Shown: piece by piece, positions 26,452-38,119 of the stretch | How positions within the stretch are numbered: the first letter of the stretch is position 1 | Layout of the letters: each line of letters opens with the position of its first letter | Assembly: GCF_006345805.1 (NCBI RefSeq) | Contig: NC_043001.1 | Coordinates: 46,438,001 to 46,502,000 of the forward strand | Direction: 5' to 3' | DNA: 64,000 nucleotides | From: Octopus sinensis | Taxonomy: Eukaryota | Translations under genes and position numbers: made by a program | Notes under the pieces: model-generated | Databases searched by the model: none | What the model saw: only the letters and a program-made list of their open reading frames with translations | What the model was told of the DNA's origin: nothing

Positions 26452-26523
26452 TCCACGGCAGTATAATGGGAAGTATCCGCGCCTGTCACGAGGGAGAACG
26501 GGGTTCGATTCCTCGCCGAGGTC
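26452..26523 (+). tRNA. tRNA-Asp(GTC) pseudogene
   Basis: 72 nt; GTC at tRNA positions 34-36 (26485-26487) in CT-GTC-AC; T arm CGGGG-TTCGATT-CCTCG; closely resembles eukaryotic tRNA-Asp but has two mismatches in the acceptor stem and two in the anticodon stem. Confidence 0.7.
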
Positions 26524-26541
26524 GCGTTTATACTATTTTAA

Positions 26542-26765
26542 AGAGAGCGAACTGGCAGAATCGTTACCAAATTAGGCAAAATGCTTAACGGCATTTCATT
26601 CGTCTTTACGTCTTGGGTTCAAATTCCACTGAGGTCGACTTTTCCTTTCATCATCCTTCGGAGGTCGACAAAATAAGTACCAGCTGAATGAATCCTGGAA
26701 TTGATCTAATCAACTTATCCCCTCCCCCCAAATTGCTGGCCTTGTGCCAGGAATTGTAACCAACC
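26542..26765 (+). mobile_element. SINE family A
   Basis: Head GAACTGGCAGAATCGTTA, GGGTTCAAATTCC B-box, GGCCTTGTGCC tail. Confidence 0.75.
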
Positions 26766-26825
26766 TTTTTCCTGTTTGTGAAAACTATCATACGCACATA
26801 TTTCATTTATTATTCATACATACTT

Positions 26826-26901
<76 letters not shown>

Positions 26902-27268
26902 ATATATGTACAATGTCTATGTCTGTGCGTGCCAAGGCGTAGTAGCTGAGATGGCAAACCCATACTTAAAGTTCCGTGCAGCACGTAACTCTTAGTACGG
27001 TTTTAGAATCTCGGTACCCAATATTGCTAATCCTGCTCCTAATATACGAGTGTATTGACTAGCTTTACGATTTTGCATTACACACACATGCACACACGCG
27101 CGCGCAGCACTCTACGTCTGTGCAAATGTATGCATGAATTTGCGTTAATGTTTTCCTTACTTCGTGTATGTGTTTGTGTCTATGTGTGCTTCAGTATGTG
27201 TGCGTGCATGCGCGTGCGTACATGCACGCGCGCGTGTGGGCAGAAACAAAAGATAGACAGGCAGACTA

Positions 27269-27269
<1 letters not shown>

Positions 27270-27334
<65 letters not shown>

Positions 27335-27556
27335 GGACTAATTGATAGATTGATACATAGACAGAGACAGACAAGCAGATAGATAGACAGATACATACAT
27401 ACACACATACATACATACATACATTGATAGATAGATAGATACATACATATATACAAACATGTATACATACATATATTGATAGATAAATATATTCACACAT
27501 AGGCAGACAGACAGGCAGACAGACAGACAGAAAGACAGACAGATAGATAGATAGAT

Positions 27557-27632
<76 letters not shown>

Positions 27633-27640
27633 GTAACTAG
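27270..27640. repeat. (GATA)n/(GACA)n/(CATA)n microsatellites
   Basis: Direct reading. Confidence 0.95.
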
Positions 27641-27864
27641 ATAGATAGTTAGCCAAATTAGTACGCAGATAGAAAGATTTATGTTTACTTGTTATGCATA
27701 TCAAGGATTATATTAATCTGCGTTTTTGTTTAGATAGTTGAATCCGATTTCAGAGTTTTGACTGCTATTTCTAGATTAGAGAAAAGCAAAGTAAAGCCCA
27801 GAACAAATTGGAGCATAAAAGGAACAGCACTAAATAAAGTCCCAAATAGACGACAACAGCACCA

Positions 27865-27935
27865 GCGGAGGCGCAAGGGCCCAGTGGTTATGACAGCGGA
27901 CTCGCGGTCGTAAGAACGCGGTTTCGATTCCCATA
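27865..27935 (+). mobile_element. Isolated tRNA-derived SINE head
   Basis: GAGGCGCAAGGGCCCAGTGGTTA...GGTTTCGATTCCC with A- and B-box-like motifs; no cloverleaf. Confidence 0.45.
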
Positions 27936-28289
27936 CTGTGCAAGTTAATGCATGAAAAACAAAGTAGGAATTTTGAAAGAAGTATCTTCAAAACTAGTTT
28001 TTAAACAACGAATAGCTATGGGGGTCCACCAGAATAAAATAATTATCAGAGGGATCCATAGGTAAAAAAAAAAATGGTTGAGGACGCCCGTTTTAAGTGG
28101 TCACTCGAATGGCTAGAAATTGCAGCGAACCTCCCTACTGTTTTGAAAAACTCGAAAGCCACATAGGATTATGTGATCCTGGGTACCCTATCCTTGAAAA
28201 GAAGACGAGATGGTCAGGTTTCGAATTTCTTTGACAATAGGTTTATTCATTTGGGGCTGAACTTGTGCTAAACATTAACACCAGGATCA

Positions 28290-28910
28290 GCACCAGCATC
28301 GGCAGCACCACCACCATAACCACTACCACCGCCGCCATTACCACCACCAACATTACAACCACCACCACCACCACCATCAGCCACCATCACCACCATCACC
28401 ACCACCACCACCACTACCACCATCATCACCATCACGACCATCACCGCCACCACGATCACCACAACCACTACCACCACTACAATTATCACAACAGCTTTCA
28501 CCACAACTACCATCACCACCATCACCATTATCGACACCACAACCACAATCATCACCACCATCACCGCAACAACCATCACTACAATAACCACCACTTCCAC
28601 CACAATCACAATCACCACAACCGCCATCACCACAACCGCCATCATCGCAACCATCATCACCACAACTACCATCACCACAACTACCATCACCACAACCACC
28701 ATCACCACAACCACCATCATCGCAACCATCATCACCACAACTACCATCACCACAACCACCATCACCACAACCACTATCACCACAACTATCATCACCACAA
28801 CCACCATCATCCCTGTCACCACCACCATCACCACAACCACTATCACCACCATCACCACCACCACCACCACCACGACCAACAACAACAACATCATCAACAC
28901 CGACAACAGT
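28290..28910. repeat. (CAC/CAT/AAC)n triplet repeat with a 15-bp higher-order unit
   Basis: Repeating CATCACCACAAC(T/C)AC units at ~28660-28830. Confidence 0.9.
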
Positions 28911-29385
28911 TGTACGAACAATGAGTACTGGTCGTGCAGCAGCTGGGTGTAAGAAATTGTTTTGCCCACAATAAAAAGAAGAATGGAAAACCACTCAAGG
29001 GTGTGGGTCAATCGGTCAGTTGGTCAGTCGGTCACGTTGCAAAAGACTAATTACCTTTTTACTATTTTTTTTCCGCGTTTAAATATATAAGAAACAACAC
29101 AGACACCAAGTATATATTCAATTCTTGAAACTGAGATTGTGAAGATCTGGAAACGTCGAATATGAATTTAGAAACTTTATTGTTCCAAATTAATTGTGAA
29201 AAAGAAAAACTAAGAAAATACAAAAAATCTAAAAAAAAAAAAGAATAAAACTTGAACACATTCGCGTATTTCATGAAATATGTATAAAAGAAATGCTGTT
29301 CTTTCTCCTGTTTATAAACACTCACACATAAATACATAATATATGACGATTGCCACTTCTTTACAGAGGAAGGCCATCTCTTCAA

Positions 29386-29915
29386 TTAATAATTACTGTC
29401 ATGAGATCTTATATGACTAGCAAGTCCTGATCTTGACAAACAAACTCCACTGCAGATCTTGCAAATATTTTAAAGCAGGAAAGTGTCTGGGATTGTAGTT
29501 AAGTCCTGTCTACGAAATGCTCGTTTCAAAATACATTATTCAATTCTTCGAGCTTCAAATGCTTTACATCTATTGTAGAGCATTTGTTTCCAAACCGATC
29601 GATCTTGCATCATTTGGTCTTAGTCATCAACTTTTACATTAAGAGCCTTTTGACAGCATCCCTAAAACGTTTCTTAGATTTATGTCTCGGACGTTTGCCA
29701 CGCTGCAACTCCCCGTAAAACAACTGCTTTGGCAACCTGTTATCCTGCATTCTAGCTAGGTGCCCAACCCAACGCATCTGATTGCGTATGAGGATCATTT
29801 CAATACTGGATGTGTTAGCTTGCTGAAGAACAACGGTGTCTGGTGTTAAAGACTTTTATTTGATGTTTAGTATCCTCCTTAGTCAAGTCTGATGGAAGCT
29901 TTCTAATACATATCT
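29386..29915 (-). mobile_element. RTE (BovB-like) LINE 3' fragment
   Basis: Translation LESFHQT*LRRILNIK*...NQMRWVGHLARMQDNRLPKQLFYGELQRGKR...DRSVW, then a C2H2 finger CKICSGVCLSRSGLASHIRSH. Confidence 0.85.
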
Positions 29916-30072
29916 ACCAAACTACACCCCACACACACACATATGTATGTATATGAGAGGTTTTGGTATCTAGAAGATCCAAAAGGCAAGTAAAGCTATG
30001 TAAGTGCTACGGAATGACCGCTCTTAGACTCCCAGTTCGATAATAGTATGAGTGAGGAATCTAACGCATGTA

Positions 30073-30476
30073 TAGGTTAAATAAAATGAGACAACGAAGC
30101 CAATCCAGTGTGAAATTTCTAGGACAATTTATAAAGTCTTACAGCTGTTTCAGGAATATAAAAGATATCCCATCATCAAAGACGATATGGGAGAATTAAA
30201 TAGAAGGAAGTTTTGAATATAATGGAACACCAAGTTTAACATCCAACATATATCTTTATTTTTATTCTTATATTTCTCTTTACACTTCCTGCATCTCTCC
30301 CTTTTCAAAATAACTTCCACTCTTGAACTCGGTTATTTCCTTCTACTTAACTCTTTTATATAGTCTCTAATGATGGGATATCTTTTATATCCCTGAAACA
30401 GCTGTAAGACTCTTTATAAAATGTCCAAGAAATTTCATACTGCCTTGGCTTTGTTGTCTCATTTCATTTAACTTGT
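30073..30476. mobile_element. Inverted Penelope-like terminal repeat pair with degenerate hammerheads
   Basis: Arms ~30073-30210 and ~30335-30476; hammerhead motifs at 30135-30184 (-) and 30362-30411 (+), each with a different single core substitution. Confidence 0.6.
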
Positions 30477-30579
30477 ATGTATGTATGTATGTATGTATGT
30501 ATGTATGTATGTATGTATGTATGTATGTATCTATGTATGTATCTATGTATGTATGTATGCATGTATGTATGTATATTTT

Positions 30580-30774
30580 TTCTTGTCTTTTCTCGTACTT
30601 GTTTCAGTCATTAGACTGCGGCCATGCTAGGATACAGCCTTGAAGAATTTTTTAGTCGAATGAATCGACCCTAGTAGTTTTTTTTAAAGCCTGGTACTTA
30701 TTCTATTGGGGTTTTTTTTGCCGAATCGCTAGGTTACGGGGATGCAAATTCAAGGCAGTAGTAGGGGTCAAACA

Positions 30775-30817
<43 letters not shown>

Positions 30818-31004
30818 CACACACACACACACACAAACACATACATGACGCGTAGCTTTCAGTTTCTGTCTATTAAATCCACTCACAAGGCATTGGTCGG
30901 CCCGAGGCTATAGTAGAAGACACTTACTCAAAGTGCCATGCAATGGGACTGAACTCGGGACCATGTTGTTGAAAAGCAACCTTTTTACCACACAATCACG
31001 CCTG
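30580..31004 (-). mobile_element. SINE family B, full length
   Basis: Matches 3880-4320; a further plus-strand head fragment at 31358-31455. Confidence 0.8.
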
Positions 31005-31080
31005 TGTATGTATGTATATATATGTGTGTGTATATACACACTCATACATACATACATACATGCGTACATATATATATATA

Positions 31081-31198
31081 GGCTCGAAACGTTAAAGACT
31101 TGTTTTATTTATATTTCCTGAGCGCCATACTAATACAATTGTTCGTTTGTTTTCCACCTGCCTTCGTCTTTTGTCTATTTTCATAAAGCTTCCCGTTA
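31081..31198 (+). mobile_element. PLE-like terminal repeat fragment (3' half of hammerhead motif)
   Basis: GGCTCGAAACGTTAAA...TCCTGAGCGCCATACTAATAC..., between (TA)n tracts; same family as 62743-62908 (-). Confidence 0.55.
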
Positions 31199-31254
31199 TA
31201 TATATATATCTATATATATATATATATCTATATATATATATATATAGTAATCTA

Positions 31255-31297
<43 letters not shown>

Positions 31298-31304
31298 ATA
31301 TATA

Positions 31305-31346
<42 letters not shown>

Positions 31347-31684
31347 TTACATACATACAGGCGTGGCTGTGTAGTAAGAAGCTTGCTTCCCAGCCACACG
31401 GTTCCTGGTTCAGTCCCACTGCGTGACACCTTGGGCAGGTATTTTCTACTATAACTACTACTATACTATATATGTCTGTATGTATATTACAAACACACAC
31501 AAACACATGCTCTCAGCCATTAATCTAGCTATTTATAAAGAGAATCACTTCGACGCAATTCTGGAGGAAATTAATCGAACAACAAATACATACAGCAGCT
31601 AAAGAGACTGAAAATACTGAAGCCAAAATCATACAGTTGGAGAAAATGAAATTGACTTAAAAGTGATAAAATTTGAACAATATA

Positions 31685-32240
31685 CGAGGGTGAGTCAAAA
31701 AGTAATGCCATTTTGTTTAGGACAGGTATAATTACCAACACAGGAACATGTATCATACATCACAAAGAAGCTGGTCCTCTGTGGATCACATCCCTACTTC
31801 TCAACATAGTCACCGTTTCTCTCAATAGCAATGTTCTACCTTCGAATGAGAGCATGTATCCCTGCCCCATTAAATTCTGTTGACTGTTCTTTGAGCAACT
31901 TCTTCACTACCTCCACACTCACCAGATTTAGCGCCTCCAGACTATGATCTCTTCGGCACCACGAAAGAGGATTTGAGAGGCAAACGTTATTCCAATGACG
32001 AGGAAGTGAAAACTGCAGTGAAGAAGTGGCTCAAAGAACAGTCAGCAGAAAATTACGGGGCAGGGATACGTGCTTTCATTCGAAGGTGGAACATTGCTAT
32101 TGAGAGAAACGGTGACTATGTTGAAAAGTAGGGATGTGATCCACAGAGGACCAGCTTCATTTTGATGTATGAAACATGTTCCTGTGTTGGTAATTATACC
32201 TGTCCTAAACAAAATGGCATTACTTTTTGACTCACCCTCG
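31685..32240. mobile_element. mariner-derived fold-back element (556 bp)
   Basis: TA|CGAGGGTGAGTCAAAAAGTAATGCC...GGCATTACTTTTTGACTCACCCTCG|TA; ~225 bp inverted arms; plus strand encodes the transposase C-terminus PHSPDLAPPDYDLF...RRWNIAIERNGDYVEK*. Confidence 0.9.
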
Positions 32241-32299
32241 TAGAAACCACCCTCAATAAAATACAGAATCCTCTAAGCGCATTAGACCCCAAAACAAAG

Positions 32300-32861
32300 A
32301 AGCTAATCAAACTTTACAAATGAAATATTGCTCTACCTACACAAGAAGATAAGTTTACCAATTTATCAATACATACACTCAGCATTAGCCAAAACGCACG
32401 CCTCAGCCTTGGTTTCATCTTCTACATATAACCTAAATGCGATCAATACAAGACAGAAGTTGAGATCACATTACTGTGTCAAAATATGAAAAAATCCCAA
32501 AGGATATAAACATCACAAACATTGACGACAAAATTGAATGCCTAATGTTTGCTGAATGTAATGAAAATAGAATCCTTTAAAATAACAAACAAGTACTAAG
32601 TAAAAATAAATCTCTTACTAACGCCTCACGAAATAACGACGACATAAATATTTGTAGAAGTGACAAAAGTAATATGTTTGTAATCATGGATAGAGACAAT
32701 TACAATACAAAAATTAATAATTTACTCAGAGACAAAAACAAATTCACAACGATGATTAAAGATAAGAACTAAAAGCGAAATTTTAAAAAAAATATTAGCT
32801 ACTGCGATGATTGCACAAATAGAGTCACCTTATTTCCTTGCATTGAAGGCGAATTCTTCCC

Positions 32862-32930
<69 letters not shown>

Positions 32931-33560
32931 CACACACACACACAGACACACACACACACACACGTACACACACACACACACATACACGCACGCACACACA
33001 CACAAACGGCATAGTGCAAATATACAAACAAAACAAACCCCACAGAACCATGATATGCCTACACATTTAATCACCAAACAAATAGACAGCATTATCAAAG
33101 AATACAGTATATAGTATAGTAGTACAAAGAATACCAGAGAAATACAGTATAAGGTCATCGGAGGGATTTTTACAGATTTTAGAAGAAACCAATACAATAG
33201 ACACCATGTCCACATTAGATGTAGAATGTTTCACTAACGTCACAGCGGTGGAAACGATAGAAATCATTGCAGAAAATAGTTATAAACACACAAAAATAAG
33301 GCTACACGCGATATCAGCAAACTTATTGAAAAAAACAAACAAAAGATCTTATGATGTTCGCAACTGAAGTGCCCTTCCGCAGCCCACAACGTAATTTCAA
33401 TAAAATGATGGAATGAAAATAGGTTTCCTTTTAGGACCTACGTTTTCGGTATTCTGCTTGTCCACAATAGAGAACAAAATAATAGGCGCACCGTGCACTT
33501 ACAACTAAGAGTTATTGCAAAACATCCATATCATACACCAAAAACAAAATTATATGGAAA
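32300..33560 (+). pseudogene. Penelope-like reverse transcriptase remnant
   Basis: Motifs RSDKSNMFVIMDRDNYNTKINNLL, STLDVE-FTNVTAVETIEII, TTEVPFR and DGMKIGFLLGPTFS correspond to PLE RT motifs; interrupted by (CA)n and stops. Confidence 0.8.
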
Positions 33561-33577
33561 AATACGAGAGGAGAATA

Positions 33578-34177
33578 TTCTTTTCTGTTCTAGGCACAAG
33601 GCTCGAAATTTTGAGGGAGAGGGCCAATAGATTAGATCGACCCCAGTACACAACTGGTACTTAATTTATCGATCCCCGAAAGTATGAAAGGCAAAGTCGA
33701 CCTCAGCCGAATTTGAACTCAGAACATAAGACAGACAAAATACCTATTTCTTTACTACCCACAAGGGGCTAAACACAGAGAGGACAAACAAGAACAGACA
33801 AACGGATTAAGTCGATTATATCGGCCCCAGTGCGTAACTGGTACTTATTTAATCGACCCCGATAGGGTGAAAGGCAAAGTCGACCTTGGAGGAATTTGAA
33901 CTCAGAACGTAGCGATAGACGAAATACTGCTAAACATTTCGCCCGGCGTACTAACGTTTCTTATTTCTTTACTGCCCACAAGAGGCTACACACAGATGGG
34001 ACAAACAAGGACAGATAAATAGACAAAGGGAATAAGTCGATTATATCGACCCCAATGCGTAATTGGTACTTATTTAATCGACCCTGAAAGGATGAAAGGC
34101 AAAGTCAACCTCGGCGGAATTTGAACTCAGAACGTATCGGCAGACGAAATACAGCTTCTGCCAGCTCACCGCCTTGT
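33578..34177 (-). mobile_element. SINE family A trimer within one TSD
   Basis: Three B-boxes ending at 33720, 33903 and 34128; exact 12-bp flanks GAGAGGAGAATA at 33566-33577 and 34178-34189. Confidence 0.9.
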
Positions 34178-34744
34178 GAGAGGAGAATAGTACATACTCT
34201 ATAAAATTCCCCACAAAAATAGATTATTACCATATCCCTTAAGATTTAGTAAACAGTATTGTATTACGAAAAGCATGTTTTCATCTTACTATGCATATAA
34301 CCTCCAATGCGAAGCGAAGATTGACGACTCAGACCTAAAATGAAAGTTATCTATTCCCCATCATTGTTTCTTTTTCCCACCATCATCTCAAGACACACGC
34401 TTCGATATACTCTGTATGTGCATGTGTGAATGTGTGTTCGTGCCAGTGCGGTTTGTTCAAACGGGAAACTTCATTCAAACTGGTGAAGATTTTGCCTAGT
34501 AAGGATGAAACCAACATCGAACGTGCAGAATTATTTTACTACGTAGTCATGTTCCTATCACCGACCGACTGTCAATGTTGTTCAAAGCGACAGATGGAAT
34601 GACCAGGGATAAAACGACAATAATTAGTACTTATTTTGTCGCTTCCACACCCGGAAACGAAATTTGAACTCAGAAAGCAGAAGTACGCAACTAAATAGTG
34701 TCAGGACTTTTAACCGTCACCCTACCAGTTCTAACATAATTATG

Positions 34745-35184
34745 GTTTCAAATCTGGGCACTAGGGCAGCAAGTTTGGGGGAAGGGGATAAGACAATTAC
34801 ATTAGCGCCAGTCCTGAACTGGTACTTGTTTCATCAACTTCATAAGGATGAAAAGCAATTTCGGCCTAAGCTGAATTTAAACTCAGAGCATAAAAACGGA
34901 CAAAATGCTGATAAGTATTTTGCCCAGGGTTCTAGCAACTCACTGCCTCAACAGCAAAAATAATAATAAACCTTTCTACTATAGACACCTGGACTGAAAT
35001 TTTAGGGAAAGAGACAAATTGATTAGATCGACCCCAGTGCTCGACTGGTACTTAATTTATCGACCCCGACAGAATGAAAGGGAAAGTCGACCTCGGTGGA
35101 ATTTGAATTCAGAATGTAAAGACGGACGAAATGCCGCTAAGCATTTTGCCCGGCGTGCTAACGATTCTGCCAGCTCGCCACCTT
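34745..35184 (-). mobile_element. Two adjacent SINE family A copies
   Basis: Degenerate copy ~34745-34950 and full copy ~34968-35184. Confidence 0.75.
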
Positions 35185-35494
35185 ACAGTTCTAATATAAT
35201 ATTAAATGTTATCCACTATGGCGAGTTGTCAATAGCAAAAAACAATTGATTCAATTTTAGGGTTGGGGCTATTTTATCTCTTAAAACGGGTTCTTGCATG
35301 AAGTTGCTTGGCTAGCATGGAAAAGCAGTCAACTCTCCCTCAAGCCACATGCTATTGTTTTAAAAGGAAAATAACGCATTGGACAAGGAAGAGCTACGTA
35401 AACACAAATATGAAATTACACTGATACACTTTTAATTATAAGTCAACTAAATTAGGGCTAACCTCAAGTTGCTGATGATGGGGGAGGGAAAAGG

Positions 35495-35518
35495 AGCGGG
35501 AGAGAAGAAGAAGAAGAA

Positions 35519-35550
<32 letters not shown>

Positions 35551-35986
35551 AGAGGAGGAGGAGGAAGAAGAGGGGAAGAAGAGGGGAAGAAGAAGAGGAG
35601 GAAGAAGAAGAGGAGGAAAAAGAAGAGAAGAGGGGAAGAAGAGAAGGAAGGAGGGAGAAGAAAAGGAAGAAGAAGAGGAAGATGGGGAGGACGAGGAAGA
35701 AGAAGAAGAGGGAGAAGAAGAAGAGGGAGAAGAGGAGGAAGAAGAGGATGAAGAAGAGGAGGAAGATGAAGAGGAGGAAGAAGAAGAAGGAGAAGAGGAG
35801 GAAGAAGAAGAGTAGGAAGATGAAGAGGAGGAAGATGAAGAAGAGGAAGGTGAAGAAGAAGAAGAAGAAGAGTAGGAAGATGAAGTGGAGGAAGATGAAG
35901 AGGAGGAAGATGAAGAAGAGGAACAAGAAGAGGAACAAGAAGAGGAAGATGAAGAAGGGAAGGGAGAAGAGGGGGAAGATGAAGAG

Positions 35987-36062
<76 letters not shown>

Positions 36063-36250
36063 GGGAGGGAGAAAAGGAAGAAGGAGGAGGATGGAGAAGG
36101 AGGAGGAGGGAGAAGAAGAAGAAGAAGAAGAAGAAGAAGAAGAAGAAGAAGAAGAAGAAGGAGGAGAAGGAGGAGGAGGAGAAGAAGAAGAAGAAGAAGA
36201 AGAAGAAGAAGAAGAAGAAGAAGAAGAAGAAGAGAAGAAGAAGAAGAAGT
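35495..36250. repeat. ~750 bp polypurine (GAA/GGA) tract
   Basis: Plus strand almost entirely A/G; source of the K/R/E-rich ORFs. Confidence 0.95.
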
Positions 36251-37769
36251 AGTGAGGGTGGTTTCTGCAGTTTATGTCAAGGAGAAAGATTTGAATATCA
36301 GACCCACCACATTCCCAATATCACTTCCATGGCATCATCGAAATTTTATGTCTGATTAATAGAAAAGAACCGATCTTTGGAAAGTCAAGATGGATTATGC
36401 TTCACAAAAAAGAATGAAACATGTCTCGAGTTGTCACCATACTGCTAAAGATCAGACTTGCGCTCCACTTCATTCCATACTTAATTTTAATAGAAATTTT
36501 AGGATTATATCCTCTGCCACTTTTTTTCACCCCAAAATTAAATATTTAGATAATGATCACTCTCACCATAAAGGTTATAACTTTAATTCATTAGCATTTC
36601 TTAGCTTACTACATCATGTAGGCTTACAGTCATTTTACTATTTTTACTTCAGGTATCGTTTAAAAGAAATGATTTCTTGAGAAATTGAGTCTGTGGAAAT
36701 CGTTTTAGCAATTAATTTAAAATGTGGTCTTGTGCCGCGCTAAGTAGTCGATATAATTATTGTTCGCTGCAATGTTATGCGTATACGCGTATATTTGTGT
36801 ATGTGTGTATGTGTGTGTGGTGTGTGTGTGTGTGTGCACGAGCGACCGACCGAAAGTGTATTTCACTTAATTCCCTATTCATCATTAAATAAATCCACGT
36901 CGGGCCCACCCCGCCACTACCGCCCGTACAAAGCTCTTTACTTAATACTTTTCCATCAGACAGAACTACTTTCTCACCTACATTTCCCACCACAGCCACC
37001 ACCACCACCACCACCACCACCACCACAAGCACAACCACAGTCACCACAGCTAATCCTTCACCATTACCTCTACCACTCCACCGCAGCCGCTACTATTATC
37101 GCTACTGTACCGCTGCTACCACCATATTCACAACAAAGGCCACCACTGTCACTGCCATCGCAACGACCCAGGAACCAACACTACACCATCACACCACCAC
37201 ACCACGACCTTCATTTACAATGATGAATCGCTTGATATGCTAAAAATAGCAGCCATGTTCCCTCAAATGGACTCTTGAATTGAATCAAGACTGGCATTAA
37301 TTCTACAAAAAGGCTACGGAAGAATCTTGGAACTGGTTTCAGGAAGGATATGAAGAACTAGTGGGGCGTAAAATATTCCAGTTACTAACATTTCAGAGCG
37401 AAGAATTACAACATTCGTTGAGAAGAATTAAGCTATTCTTCTAAGTATAATACATGTTTGCTTGCAATTATCTTTTATCTTTTTACACTCTGGGGTATGG
37501 ATGCATCTTCCTTTGTTACATAGCTATGCCAGGCATATCATTTTTATTGATAAGTAATTCATGCCCATTGGAGGGCACATGAGTGAACCAAACAGGGATA
37601 GAATTTTGCCCATTGCTTGATTTAGACTTATTTCTTATTCCTCAGTTTGGTGAAACGCGTTTGATTGTGGTGTTATTGCTAGTGGTGTTGTTATCAGCTG
37701 TTAAAAAGAATACTATTGGTTGGGGTGTGGTTCTGAAGCATATGTATTTTGCCGAAAATAATAATAATA

Positions 37770-38110
37770 ATCCTTTCTACTATAGGCACCAGGCCTGAAA
37801 TTTTGGGGGAGGAGGCAGTCAATTATATCGATCCCACTGCTCAACTGGTACGTATTTCATTGACCTCGAAAGGATGAAAGATAAAGTCAACCTCGGTGGA
37901 ATTTGAACTCAGAAGCATTTTTCCGGCGTGCTAACTATTCTTTTGTACTCTAGGCACAGGGCCCGAAATTTTGGGCGAGGGGGGCAGTCTATTAAATCGA
38001 CCACAGTACGCAACTGGTACTTAATTTAACGACCCCAAAAGGATGAAAGCAAAGTCGACCTCGGCGGAATTTGAATTCAGAACGGAAAGGCAGAGAAAAT
38101 ACAGCTAAGC
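37770..38110 (-). mobile_element. SINE family A dimer
   Basis: Two units fused tail-to-head at ~37937-37941. Confidence 0.8.
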
Positions 38111-38119
38111 AGGGAGACG

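Noticed and set aside
28265-29011. 219-aa His-rich and 247-aa Val-rich ORFs
   Set aside because: Open in several frames on both strands because of a stop-free triplet repeat; no complex domain.
35447-36359. 296-aa Lys/Arg-rich (protamine-like) and Glu-rich ORFs
   Set aside because: Artefacts of a polypurine tract lacking stop codons.
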